64,000 nt of DNA, taken from IMG/VR virus record IMGVR_UViG_3300045988_100686, positions 1-64,000 of that record, one strand, 5' to 3'. Below are positions 18,901-27,681 of this stretch, piece by piece; position 1 is the stretch's first letter; each line of letters starts with the position of its first letter. The notes under the pieces were generated by a model. The model was not told the origin of the DNA. It made no database searches and saw only the letters and a list, made by a program, of their open reading frames with translations. The DNA is from a virus. The position numbers and the translations under genes were made by a program.

Positions 18901-19568
18901 CGCATCATTGCAGCTACATCGTTATTGTGTCTAACACTTGCTTCTACAATTGGATCTACTAGTAGATCAACGGCAGCACCAGCTGCAGCACCGAATGGAA
19001 GTCCAACGGCAAAGCGACCAATTGTACCTAGCATTCCGGTTCCCATACCCATAGCCCCGCCTATGGCTCCACCAGCTTGAGCTCCTGCAAACATTCCTGC
19101 AGCCTCTTTGGCAAGTGCTCCAACAGTGGCTACACCAGTACTAGAACCGCGCAATGCCATGCCAGTTTGACGTTCACTCCAAAATTCATTTTGGTTAACA
19201 TTGTATTGCTGGTTTGCAGCCATAAGATTCATCAAACTGTTTGATCCAGCGTATTGCTGGTAAGCTTGACTTAGACTACCATTATAAAGTCCACCTGGTC
19301 CTCTAGGAATCCACTGACTTGCTATATTTATTGGTGCAAGCTGGTTGCTATTGGATGCCATAGCTGAACCTATCTTAGTACCAACATTAGCCATAGTCTG
19401 TGACATAGAAGCCAATGTAAGATTAAGCGTTTGGAAGCTAAATGCGAGTGAATCCCTAAAAGATCTAAGCGTGCTAGATAGATCACTTTGAGCCTGAGCT
19501 GCTGGTAACGCAGATGAATATACAGTTGTATTAAGTGTTGTGGAGTCTAGCTGACCACTTAATTCCAT
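15945..19568 (-). CDS. tape-measure-like / large internal tail protein
   Basis: 1207 aa with Gly/Ala-rich hydrophobic stretches (GAIGGAMGMGTGMLGTIGRFAVGLPFGAAAGAAV) and extended helical regions. Preceded by a small chaperone-sized ORF. Confidence 0.5.
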   Translation of the reverse strand: MELSGQLDSTTLNTTVYSSALPAAQAQSDLSSTLRSFRDSLAFSFQTLNLTLASMSQTMANVGTKIGSAMASNSNQLAPINIASQWIPRGPGGLYNGSLSQAYQQYAGSNSLMNLMAANQQYNVNQNEFWSERQTGMALRGSSTGVATVGALAKEAAGMFAGAQAGGAIGGAMGMGTGMLGTIGRFAVGLPFGAAAGAAVDLLVDPIVEASVRHNNDVAAMMRMSARFRSPFTMKEAQRAVGGIENLAYEELYRTSHLEPRLNMSGFRDITMMGLQGNMFQGETPEELVKQVSAASNVVKFLTGVLGSKDVQETMQVVKQLKDMGLNSFRNISAIQSIGTDAFSYGRALGVQANTLLSTAASMSSVAFGQYGNPAFVGIHPALRNLAYTSELEKRRMLTPAEIAAGGGVQAIAGKMLSTQANLLNNGAIGGAMLYAGWNGNTGFDLEKYKATIENSGYWGAVGQAAKNITEGGLGSIAMSIAEKNNIIASAAEKGDLDKLLEIQLRSELKNILGMLPKNASLEQKVAFAAVHLTQISPGLDINTAKAIALKVLNPRIQAGIDRTAREEYQIGSLEYARAGRGFGRFVDSIGENIERNLGALHQTFIERPARSIADAASNALDTSYRTSTAIAKPLEGVDLQLYYSAVKDLQKSNYKPDENAMFSNADRLEALDRMDKRSTLGDAFVGGWKNFIRFSRRMAQQDGIPTGDTKDYNFLADVTWLGAKDSMASYWNKVGSQNKITALEGQVAIQKYSDASLTRKDLDRYYNVKGNENPLLPYVGTGKWFDEHASEAYRNEARKRLSEISNKLTMEDIDAIRGNNLTWNQKNMTTDKAFEILKTSNSRDIAEKVARNMRLSDGSTVTADQIMAATSQTMFGHGTATGIVGAVGHKDYQKVIDASQGVISLDNVSKFMGPEGMAGIDVNGDAGMKLMNDIGLDPKKLETLGRSLKSSDQISLFLEALTDISNGETDLSKIRNINELSRNQAVLAVLGDEAEKVAKFGKKRVKVDYTGKKYSDSFKAALIAKFNQDIDAKVADFGISGITQSQISTMTNDEAKRFLDKGGFTAHNSTASAFLKRAEELKNLSNEELEDRLGHKRGTITDQNRALTIVQDTMLAAAREGGGVQQKKQDAAQVMKTAVDTAIEQGKDGKNWLRVRVVSDTEIKDARESVEKNTDKPTKPENKGTLADQQKPIYTPKWIREIFSRN

Positions 19569-19591
19569 GTGTGTTCCCTCCTAATAAGAGA

Positions 19592-19915
19592 TCACAGCAC
19601 CTGGTTTGGTACACCTGTTCTCTTATATTTATTAACTAATTCTGAATACTTGAACTTGTATCCAACGTTGTCAATATGGTACTCTTTGAACTCATTCGTT
19701 GGCACAACAAATTCGGCGTTTATTTTGTCAGTATCTGTAATATAAATAGCATCTACCTTATCAGGAATATTAAAATCAGGAATAGTAATATATTCCTCCC
19801 CCAGAATTAAAGAAGCACTATTTATCCAAAGATCTAGTCTATTCTTTAATACGTTGTATTGCCCAATGTTGGTTTTTAACGCTAATTGTGACTTTGGTGT
19901 TATACTAATAATCAT
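19592..19915 (-). CDS. small hypothetical protein (position of a tail assembly chaperone)
   Basis: 107-aa ORF immediately upstream of the tape-measure-like gene. Confidence 0.4.
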   Translation of the reverse strand: MIISITPKSQLALKTNIGQYNVLKNRLDLWINSASLILGEEYITIPDFNIPDKVDAIYITDTDKINAEFVVPTNEFKEYHIDNVGYKFKYSELVNKYKRTGVPNQVL

Positions 19916-19979
19916 TATGCTTACTCCCTATTAATTTTTATAGTTATATTATACCTATAGCATATAGACATAAGAAAAT

Positions 19980-20008
19980 AGACCCGAATGCGGTGCATTG
20001 TCGGGTCT
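19980..20008 (-). terminator. rho-independent terminator for the minus strand
   Basis: 8-bp stem AGACCCGA/TCGGGTCT with a T-rich tract on the minus strand. A TATAAT-containing promoter-like sequence for the next minus gene follows at about 19935-19965. Confidence 0.6.
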
Positions 20009-20175
20009 AGATCTTTTCCTGCAATAGCCAGGAAATGCTTTATGTCACTAGTAGCCTTTGTGTTGTGGCTGGTGTCCGAAGTTATGGGTGAAGAAAGGAG
20101 GTGGGAAGAACGCCCATAGCCTTATAGTTTGCAAAGGAGGGAGATGCATTCTATTAAGCATTGTATAGTATACTA

Positions 20176-21384
20176 CTAGTTACTATTATATTTATTCATA
20201 CGGCGATCAAGAACCGTGGCAAATGGCATTCCTTGAAGGTACGGATATTTATTGAGAAGCGTTGTAGGCTGTGTTATCATTTTGATTTTCTTAGCCTTAT
20301 CTTCATCAGATAAACCCGAGTCACCCTGAATTTCTGCAATAGCTCTCTGAGCTCTTATTTTACCTAGGTTCTCAGCACCGTACATAAACGGTATAGTTGC
20401 TGCTACGGTCAACTTGTCTGACCTGTTAGCATTGGAAATATAGTTATTAAACATTGTGGATAGCTTAGAGTGTACTTCTGGATGATCTGGGTACAACTCT
20501 TGTAGTCTATTAAGGCTACCTGTTACACTTGAAACCAATGGTCCTGTTTTTTGGAGATAGTTACGTGTACCAACATAGGCCCCAGCACTTAACCCTGTCA
20601 TACCAAGTCCTAGTGCCAGTTTCTTTTTGTCATCCCTGTTTTTATAAGCATAGTATCCAGCTAATGGAGTTGTTAATAGAGTCGCATTATTTAAAATTGC
20701 AGCTCCTGTTAACTTTTGTAGATCCTTTTGAGATACTGTTGAAGCTGCGCTATCTAACAATGCTCCAAATTGAGGATCTTTTAGTGCTTGTTTGTTCTTA
20801 AGTGATGTATATAAAGCTGCAGCTCCTAACCCAGCACCAAGAACTAGGGCTCCAAGCATACGTTTCCTATACTTAGAAGTTTCTGGAGTGCTCGGATTAT
20901 CCATGTACTCGTTAACCATCTGCACTGGTGGCACTGTTTTTTTAGCCTTTATATAAAAGTTCTCTTTCTCATCAAACTTGGCATCGTAAGGAGCATTATC
21001 CTCATTAGTTGCTTGGGCTAACTCTGTATAATCTTCGAGTCCTCTGACAACCTTGTTGCGAGTACTAGGAGATACTTTGTCTTTTAACTTTGAAGCTGCT
21101 AATAAAATAAATGGTGAAGCTGTAAGTACAGTATTCTTGACACCTTTTAGCTTATCAATCTTTCCTTCGAGTGTTGCATCCATTGAGTCAAAGTATCCAG
21201 GGTCATCTTCTTTGGCTGCAACTTTTTTTGCTTCTCGATTGTACTCTGCTATCTGGTTATCTATTGCTTTTCTATAATTATTATAGCATAAGGCAGACTC
21301 TGTTGTCAAGCCCCCAAGAACAAGTGCACCAGTTAAACTTTTGGCAGTCTCTGGGTGCCTTTTAAGCGTAGATATAATATTCAT
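20176..21384 (-). CDS. hypothetical membrane-associated virion protein
   Basis: 402 aa with several Gly/Ala-rich hydrophobic segments. Confidence 0.5.
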   Translation of the reverse strand: MNIISTLKRHPETAKSLTGALVLGGLTTESALCYNNYRKAIDNQIAEYNREAKKVAAKEDDPGYFDSMDATLEGKIDKLKGVKNTVLTASPFILLAASKLKDKVSPSTRNKVVRGLEDYTELAQATNEDNAPYDAKFDEKENFYIKAKKTVPPVQMVNEYMDNPSTPETSKYRKRMLGALVLGAGLGAAALYTSLKNKQALKDPQFGALLDSAASTVSQKDLQKLTGAAILNNATLLTTPLAGYYAYKNRDDKKKLALGLGMTGLSAGAYVGTRNYLQKTGPLVSSVTGSLNRLQELYPDHPEVHSKLSTMFNNYISNANRSDKLTVAATIPFMYGAENLGKIRAQRAIAEIQGDSGLSDEDKAKKIKMITQPTTLLNKYPYLQGMPFATVLDRRMNKYNSN

Positions 21385-21386
21385 TA

Positions 21387-21836
21387 TTACTCCATGTAGG
21401 CAGGTCTACGAAAATTTTCTATTAATTGTTGTGTAAAAGATGGTTGTGACTTAGCTGCTTCATTGATGGAAGCTCCTAGAAATCTGTTTCCTGAGTTAGC
21501 AGGAATAGTTAACTCTGTAGCTGCATATTTGTATTGTTGTTCAAAGATGTGAGCTCGTGTTGATGCATCTAACCCAAGAGCATTAGCAATCTTTGTTGCA
21601 GAAATTGTAGGATGGTTGTCTCTGTCTGGTGTATTCATTGGACCATCTTGAGCCATGTACTCTTGCCAATCATAGTAGTCAGGACCGTCTGCTGGCTGGT
21701 TATTAGCAGGCTTGCGTGTGTCCATGGGAATATTGTCATCCATAGCGGCATCTTTTTCTAAATCTTGAGTGTCTGTATGAAAATTAGGGAGTATTCCTGA
21801 TTTATAAATATCAATATGCATTAAAATAACCTCCAT
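21387..21836 (-). CDS. hypothetical protein
   Basis: Track ORF. Confidence 0.45.
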   Translation of the reverse strand: MEVILMHIDIYKSGILPNFHTDTQDLEKDAAMDDNIPMDTRKPANNQPADGPDYYDWQEYMAQDGPMNTPDRDNHPTISATKIANALGLDASTRAHIFEQQYKYAATELTIPANSGNRFLGASINEAAKSQPSFTQQLIENFRRPAYME

Positions 21837-21887
21837 AGGATTCTCTTGTACTAAGAATTATACCTATGGAGGTTGTTGTATTTATGT

Positions 21888-22739
21888 TTAATTATACTTG
21901 GTACTTACTTCGTCTAACTTGGCAAGCAGGGTAACTGTAGAATCATGAAGTTCCTTTAGGTCATTCATGAATTTCTCGAATAGTGGTACAGTTTCATACA
22001 GCTCATCACTGGATTTCTCTGAAAACTGGTAGTCTAAAACAGGCTGGATGGCTGTATGTAGCTGATATCCAATAATGTCCTGAATTAACTCCTTGTCTTC
22101 CACACTTAGTGGTTCTCGGTGTAGTATTGGGTGCCCGCCTTGTAAAAACAGACTCAACGTAGTACCAAGAGTTTCACATGCATCACCAACTAGTAAGTCA
22201 ATGTACTGCTGACTATAGTTATGACAACTAGCATCTGCGTATCTACCATCTTTTTGATCGGAAGTATCCGTTAGAGGATCAGTAGTAGCTATGTAATCCT
22301 TGGTAACTATATTTTTAAGGACGTTCTCAATGGATGTATTTATCAATTCTGGAGTGTTGACTCTGATATCACCTAAGAATGCTATGAACTCCGGGGAATC
22401 CCATGGATATGCCGGTGTTATAGGGAAATTTGGACCGTAAGGCTCAAGTTTGTTTCTGGAATACGCCAACTCTGCTGCTACTGTGCGCACCTTTCCTTTC
22501 TCTGTCTCCAGCTTTTGTAAAGTATCATTTATATGATCTTTTAACTGATAAAGAGTAGTGGATGTTTCAGCAAGAGATTTAAGAGCTTTATTTTCCCAAG
22601 TAGAGTACTCATCCAATAACGGTTTTACATCAACTTTCTTGAGAGCCTTGGATGACTCCTCTGTTAACTCCTTGCTATCCTCTTTATGATCACCTGGTTT
22701 TATTTTATTTAAGAGTGACTTTATTGTTGTCATAATCAT
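21888..22739 (-). CDS. hypothetical protein
   Basis: Start reassigned to the ATG at 22739 (GAGGAG 7 nt upstream). The track start at 22805 would overlap the upstream gene. Confidence 0.45.
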   Translation of the reverse strand: MIMTTIKSLLNKIKPGDHKEDSKELTEESSKALKKVDVKPLLDEYSTWENKALKSLAETSTTLYQLKDHINDTLQKLETEKGKVRTVAAELAYSRNKLEPYGPNFPITPAYPWDSPEFIAFLGDIRVNTPELINTSIENVLKNIVTKDYIATTDPLTDTSDQKDGRYADASCHNYSQQYIDLLVGDACETLGTTLSLFLQGGHPILHREPLSVEDKELIQDIIGYQLHTAIQPVLDYQFSEKSSDELYETVPLFEKFMNDLKELHDSTVTLLAKLDEVSTKYN

Positions 22740-22749
22740 TAAGATCTCC

Positions 22750-23088
22750 TCATGGTACTTTAATTGTACTACTTGGTGAAGCTGCAAGCATTGCTGCAAT
22801 TTCATTCAGCGTTTGATGTGTCTTTTCAACGAATGCTGAATCGTTGTTCTTGCGCAATTCCTTTGTACCAGGCAATACAAGATTTATATATTCATCAGTA
22901 AGTTCTTCAATACGTTTAGATAATTTAGGATCTAAGGCTAGCCCGCTTGCAAGTACATTAATTAGAGTCTCAAATATCCGGAACTGTTCTCTTCTTAACC
23001 ATACTGCCTGGCACAGTGAATCTTGAAGAGTTCCTATTTCATGTACAGGACACCCAGATATATACATCGCTGCTCTAGTTAAGTACAC
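22750..23088 (-). CDS. hypothetical protein
   Basis: Track ORF. Confidence 0.45.
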   Translation of the reverse strand: MYLTRAAMYISGCPVHEIGTLQDSLCQAVWLRREQFRIFETLINVLASGLALDPKLSKRIEELTDEYINLVLPGTKELRKNNDSAFVEKTHQTLNEIAAMLAASPSSTIKVP

Positions 23089-23096
23089 CGGGCTAT

Positions 23097-23861
23097 TTAA
23101 AAATCTTTGATGAGTTCCTCAAAGTTCTTGGAGATATATTCCACCTTTTTGAAAAACGCTGCACGACGTTCCCACAAGTAGTTTATTAGAACAGAGGGAA
23201 GAGTTTGCAAGAACTCAGCACGTTCTTCCATTGACTTACGAAGTTCACCAGGAGTACCGCGATTGATTGGTTTGAAGTGGTTACCACCAAACTGTTCAAT
23301 GTTCATACTGAGAACATACAGTGAGTTAACAAGTGCACCAGTATCACGCAGTGAACCTGGAGTAAGATGTTCTTCAGTGAGTTTCATAGCCATTTGGTCT
23401 TCCCAGAAAAACTGAGTACGAAATACTACAGTAGCTCCTCGAATGGAAAAAGTCTCTCGAATAATTCCCTTCATAAGCAAAGAATCTAATAAAGGTAATA
23501 TTTCATCTTTTGTGAATTCAGTTTTTTCTGTGTCTGTACCAACTTTACTGAATTCCACTTTTTTAGTAGTATTAGTTGTATGTTTTGCTTCCTCATCCTC
23601 AACTGTTGGTTCATTATGTACCACAGTAGTAAGCGGAGATTCTATATCATTAGATACAGAATAATTTTTAGGCTCCTTTTTGTTTAGTATCTTTAACATA
23701 GTCTCATACCCCTCGTCAGTAGACGCCTCCTTGGGGACATAGGGCTTGATTGCCATATTCTCCTCTTCACTAGTATCAGGTTTATCACTAACTGCACCAG
23801 CGTTATCGATTGGCACTGTACGTGCAAAGGGGTCAAAATAGTTATTTGAATGTTCACTCAT
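23097..23861 (-). CDS. hypothetical acidic protein, first gene of the minus-strand operon
   Basis: GGAGG ribosome-binding site; downstream of a perfect minus-strand promoter. Confidence 0.5.
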   Translation of the reverse strand: MSEHSNNYFDPFARTVPIDNAGAVSDKPDTSEEENMAIKPYVPKEASTDEGYETMLKILNKKEPKNYSVSNDIESPLTTVVHNEPTVEDEEAKHTTNTTKKVEFSKVGTDTEKTEFTKDEILPLLDSLLMKGIIRETFSIRGATVVFRTQFFWEDQMAMKLTEEHLTPGSLRDTGALVNSLYVLSMNIEQFGGNHFKPINRGTPGELRKSMEERAEFLQTLPSVLINYLWERRAAFFKKVEYISKNFEELIKDF

Positions 23862-23910
23862 TGTAACTGCCTCCGTAAAACTAAATTGGTAGTATTTCCT
23901 TTATGACATA

Positions 23911-23939
23911 ATTATAACAGTAGTCAAACATAAAGTCAA
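23911..23939 (-). promoter_or_regulatory. minus-strand sigma-A-type promoter TTGACT-17-TATAAT
   Basis: Minus strand reads TTGACT ttatgtttgactactgt TATAAT. Confidence 0.7.
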
Positions 23940-23969
23940 GTAAAAATGGTTATATTAAATTATCTGACA

Positions 23970-24290
23970 ACTATCTACACCTTTCTACACCTTTCTACAC
24001 CTAATTTTTTTAAAAGTGTAACCGCCGAAAGCCTTATGGGGCAAGGGTTTCATTGTTTAATAGTGCTCTGGTTACACTTTCTACACTTTTTTGAATACAC
24101 ATATACATATATACGTATACGTATATACTTATATACTTAAAACTCCTCGCGCACATATAATATATATATTTTAGTGTAGAAAGTGTAACTACTACTACTA
24201 CAGTGGCTGAAAGCCTTACAGGGAAAGGGTTCCAGCGGTTACACTTTTTCAAAAAACAAGTGTAGAAAGGTGTAGAAAGGTGTAACCAGT
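23970..24290. repeat. ~320-bp composite palindrome with 9-bp iterons, nested inverted repeats and a central alternating (TA)n core; candidate origin of replication
   Basis: Iterons TCTACACCT x3 at 23974-24003 and inverted GTGTAGAAAG copies at 24259-24287. IR GGTTACACTTTCTACAC 24070-24086 pairs with 24173-24188. IR AAAAGTGTAACCGC 24011-24024 pairs with 24234-24247. Direct repeat GAAAGCCTTA(T/C)(G/A)GGG(C/A)AAGGGTT. Core 24095-24170 is ACATATACATATATACGTATACGTATATAC. Confidence 0.6.
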
Positions 24291-24325
24291 AGACTATATT
24301 TTCTGAAAAATCTCTTCCATAAAAA

Positions 24326-24337
24326 TGGTATAAGTAT
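24326..24337 (+). promoter_or_regulatory. extended -10 motif TGGTATAAGTAT (copy 3)
   Basis: Exact motif match. Confidence 0.4.
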
Positions 24338-24367
24338 ATTAGGGGCACTCTGTCACCCAAAATTTTA

Positions 24368-24396
24368 TTGACATGGTAAGTGTAGAGTGCTATTCT
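24368..24396 (+). promoter_or_regulatory. sigma-A-type promoter TTGACA-17-TATTCT
   Basis: Read directly upstream of the 24422 gene. Confidence 0.6.
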
Positions 24397-24421
24397 TTTA
24401 GTAAAGAAAGGAGAGGTTTTA

Positions 24422-25522
24422 ATGCATAAATCACTAAGAACATGGACACTACATGTTCAGTACAGGATTAAACCTGATCAGCGCAGGTACTACAAATATC
24501 AAAGACAATACAAAGGTCCATTAAATGGTTGTGCACTATGGCATAATCAAGATAACAGCTTAATAGAAATTGACCCACGTAATGCTCACATATTAGTATC
24601 TTTTAAGCTACCAAATAAAAAAATAAAGCAAATAGATATTAACAATGTATCTATTGAATGCTCTAACCCTACAAAAAAAATGATTTATTTGCTAAACAAA
24701 CATAACTACTTAAGCATAGAGAACGATGTCATCTATGCCACTACACTTACAAATAGACGTATCAAGTTGATAGACCTAGATACTGTGTGTAAAATACATT
24801 ATATCTGTAGGTTAAACACCGTATTTATAAATCGAATGGAGGAGATACTGGATTACCCCAATGGAATACATGGTACACCAGTATTTATTGACGAAGAAGA
24901 CTTTTCAGATGAAGACTACTTTTATGCTTACAAGGAGCAGTTAAGAATTGATAATATTACGGATTCACTACGACGTGCTTTTCCCTATAATTCTGAATTA
25001 CTAGCTGCTATTCCAAAATTCAATAGTCTACCAAAAGAGTTACACAATTTATATGCATCATCATCAGCACTGGATTCACTGTATGATTCAATATCTAGTA
25101 ATTCAAAGAGCATAATATGGAATCCTGCAAAACGAAAACCAATAAGAGATCTGATGTATACTAAGTATGTCAATCAATTGTTGCATGTATCAAAGTTATA
25201 TCGAATCATAAATGAACTAAATTCATCACTAACTATCATTAACTATCTACTATCTGAGTTACTAAAGTATATATCATCACCACGCGTAGTATTCTGTGAC
25301 TCAAAGGTGTTGCAAAATATGGCTTGCATTCGATATAAAGACATATCAATTGCTATGTCTAGACTTCATGGGATCATTAAAGAGCTAGAAGGTCCTATAA
25401 CAGAAGCATATCAAGAGATACGTGTAGCAGACTTTAAAAAGAATACAGTATGGCGTAAATATATGCTTACAGTGTTAAAACAAGACAAATTGGGTGAGGT
25501 GAACAAAGATGGGGATAATTAA
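24422..25522 (+). CDS. hypothetical early protein
   Basis: 366-aa ORF with GGAGAGG ribosome-binding site. Confidence 0.55.
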   Translation: MHKSLRTWTLHVQYRIKPDQRRYYKYQRQYKGPLNGCALWHNQDNSLIEIDPRNAHILVSFKLPNKKIKQIDINNVSIECSNPTKKMIYLLNKHNYLSIENDVIYATTLTNRRIKLIDLDTVCKIHYICRLNTVFINRMEEILDYPNGIHGTPVFIDEEDFSDEDYFYAYKEQLRIDNITDSLRRAFPYNSELLAAIPKFNSLPKELHNLYASSSALDSLYDSISSNSKSIIWNPAKRKPIRDLMYTKYVNQLLHVSKLYRIINELNSSLTIINYLLSELLKYISSPRVVFCDSKVLQNMACIRYKDISIAMSRLHGIIKELEGPITEAYQEIRVADFKKNTVWRKYMLTVLKQDKLGEVNKDGDN

Positions 25523-26264
25523 GTATTCAATGGTTTTCAATAATCGTCACCCATACCCAGAGTATGTAAAGGATACATTATTTGACTCTGTATCAATTTA
25601 TGACCCACGAGATACTAAGTTCATGGAAGCTACAATAAGAGAAAAATTCCGCAAATGGAAAGATGAAGGATTTTCAGGTGTCTTCTTGTTTCTTAGCGGA
25701 CTTATTTCTGCTACTGTATGCGCGATAAACGTAGCATACGAAGAAAAAATGTATCTTAGATTATATCATTATTCAGTTATAACCGATTCATGGCTACCTC
25801 AAAACGTATCTGTATTTGACGGGGTCAACGGTTATCATAACACTCTCACAATGTCTGAGGAATTAAACCTCGCATTGGAGATTCAGCGAACTTCGTCTTT
25901 AGGCAAGTATGCAACGGCACTCTTAGCAAACTACGTGCTAGCATATAAAGACTTAGAGAGGAAAAACATGCATACTGTCTTAGACTGGGACGCTGAACGA
26001 GCTGTATTAAAAGGGAAATTAAACTCCTACATTCCTCCGTATGTAGAAGCAATGAGGATCTATGCAAACAGATTACAGCAAGATCCGTCGGAGTCTTACT
26101 CCGACTACCTTTATACACAGCTCATAAGAAGAAAGGAGGGCACATATGGAAACGGAGGACTCCAAGGTACAGCAATCCCCCCAACAGCAAGTAGGTATAC
26201 CACTACGCGACCAGTTCCTAGGAAACGTAATCGACCTACAGGTAAAGGTAGGAAAGGACGTTAA
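25509..26264 (+). CDS. hypothetical protein with basic C-terminal tail
   Basis: Track ORF; C-terminus RPVPRKRNRPTGKGRKGR. Confidence 0.5.
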   Translation: MGIIKYSMVFNNRHPYPEYVKDTLFDSVSIYDPRDTKFMEATIREKFRKWKDEGFSGVFLFLSGLISATVCAINVAYEEKMYLRLYHYSVITDSWLPQNVSVFDGVNGYHNTLTMSEELNLALEIQRTSSLGKYATALLANYVLAYKDLERKNMHTVLDWDAERAVLKGKLNSYIPPYVEAMRIYANRLQQDPSESYSDYLYTQLIRRKEGTYGNGGLQGTAIPPTASRYTTTRPVPRKRNRPTGKGRKGR

Positions 26265-26480
26265 GCAAGATATGTTTATCTGTGTCAGCAAAGATACAGT
26301 TGATCTTGCAACGAAACTCTTATCTGCCATGAAATGGGGACTTTAATGATTGCCGGCGACTAGAATTTCCTAGTCGCCCACAATACAATCCTTGGAGATT
26401 GCTCTAATTTGGGAGTAGATGATAGTGAAATATATTATTATCTACCCCCACTTTTTTAAATGCAAAGGAGATGATTGCAC

Positions 26481-26588
26481 ATGACTTATAGTTTCGAGTT
26501 TACACTAGTCACTGCTATTTTAATGTTAGCAATAGGTACATATTGTTTGATTATGATTATTGAAGACATACCAATAAGAAAGAGGTAA
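26481..26588 (+). CDS. 35-aa hydrophobic (single-TM) peptide
   Basis: AAAGGAG ribosome-binding site 8 nt upstream. Peptide MTYSFEFTLVTAILMLAIGTYCLIMIIEDIPIRKR. Below the track size cutoff. Confidence 0.3.
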   Translation: MTYSFEFTLVTAILMLAIGTYCLIMIIEDIPIRKR

Positions 26589-26590
26589 CC

Positions 26591-26803
26591 ATGGATACTC
26601 AAATTTCACAAGAATCATTACTGTATTATGTTAATCATCACTACGAAATTAATGGTAGCAGTAAACCTATATTGGGAATGCCAGACTTTAATACCTTTAA
26701 TAGTAATACTAGTGAGTTGACTTTAAGTCAACAATTCTGCAGCTTAGTACGTGCGTTAAATATAGTCTTCCCAATATTTCCAATTTATCCATTCCTTTCT
26801 TAA
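26591..26803 (+). CDS. small hypothetical protein
   Basis: Track ORF with AGAGG ribosome-binding site. Confidence 0.35.
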   Translation: MDTQISQESLLYYVNHHYEINGSSKPILGMPDFNTFNSNTSELTLSQQFCSLVRALNIVFPIFPIYPFLS

Positions 26804-26813
26804 TATCTCAAGG

Positions 26814-27026
26814 ATGACTATTATGAACAAAGAAGATTGTTCTTGGTGCTTAACAGAAGTAAACTATTTGACAAAATACTGGGGTGTAGATTGGTACACT
26901 TATGGGTGTTCCGCAGTAGAAATTTGTGACCATAATTTTCATTATATACATACAACTTTTCATCTAAATGGATCTCTATATACTGACGTTGAAAAGTTCC
27001 TACCACTAGCTATAGTACTTAGTTGA
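26814..27026 (+). CDS. small hypothetical Cys/His-rich protein
   Basis: Track ORF. Confidence 0.3.
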   Translation: MTIMNKEDCSWCLTEVNYLTKYWGVDWYTYGCSAVEICDHNFHYIHTTFHLNGSLYTDVEKFLPLAIVLS

Positions 27027-27051
27027 TTATCAAAGGAGGTGAGTATAACTA

Positions 27052-27174
27052 TGTCTACATATAAGGATTCTATGGTTAAAGAGTATAGAGACGTTATAGG
27101 GCTACTTTTATCAAACTATGTTTATGGTATACTTAATGGCGAAATACTGGACATAAGGTACTTTACATGCTAAA
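27052..27174 (+). CDS. 40-aa small protein
   Basis: Strong AAAGGAGGTG ribosome-binding site 9 nt upstream of the ATG. Below the track cutoff. Confidence 0.3.
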
Positions 27175-27324
27175 ATATCTGTAACAGCTATGTAATTTAT
27201 CAAAAACAAGATACAAGGAGGAAGAAACATGACTATTGAGCAAGACAAGTGCACCGTAACAGTGCATTGGTGGTACGGATATATCGAAACATTAAATAAT
27301 AATATTTCAATTGGAGGTTAAATT

Positions 27325-27534
27325 ATGGATACTAAACCTATTTGTAGTAAATGGCATGAACAAGATGTTGTTCCTAGAGAATATGAAACTTGCATTTTTG
27401 AAATCAACCAGTATGACGAAAAAAGTATTTTTATTGGTTTTAGGCAGGGAAATGGAATATGCAAAAAAAGTAATGCCTCACATGTATGTGGAGAAGAATC
27501 AGTAATACGTTGGTGTTATATTACTCTTAATTAA
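27325..27534 (+). CDS. small hypothetical protein
   Basis: Track ORF with GGAGG ribosome-binding site. Confidence 0.35.
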   Translation: MDTKPICSKWHEQDVVPREYETCIFEINQYDEKSIFIGFRQGNGICKKSNASHVCGEESVIRWCYITLN

Positions 27535-27681
27535 CCCATGGGATGCGGCGGCTGGGTTGCCGAATGGCAGTAGGTTGCGGACTTGGCAACGGTAGGCCCA
27601 TTATTGTTATGGACTGATGAAACAGGCCTGCATAAAATCCAAGAATTCCCACGTCGCCGCTTTTATAAAGGAGGAAGAAAA

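Noticed and set aside
23970-24290. Protelomerase target (hairpin-telomere resolution site)
   Set aside because: The large TA-centred palindrome resembles telRL-type sites in shape. However, no protelomerase or tyrosine recombinase is encoded nearby, and the iteron structure fits an origin better.
27583-27681. Track N-terminal extension MATVGPLLLW... of the ThyX ORF
   Set aside because: It lacks a ribosome-binding site, whereas a strong AAGGAGG precedes the ATG at 27682. The extension overlaps the GC-rich leader.
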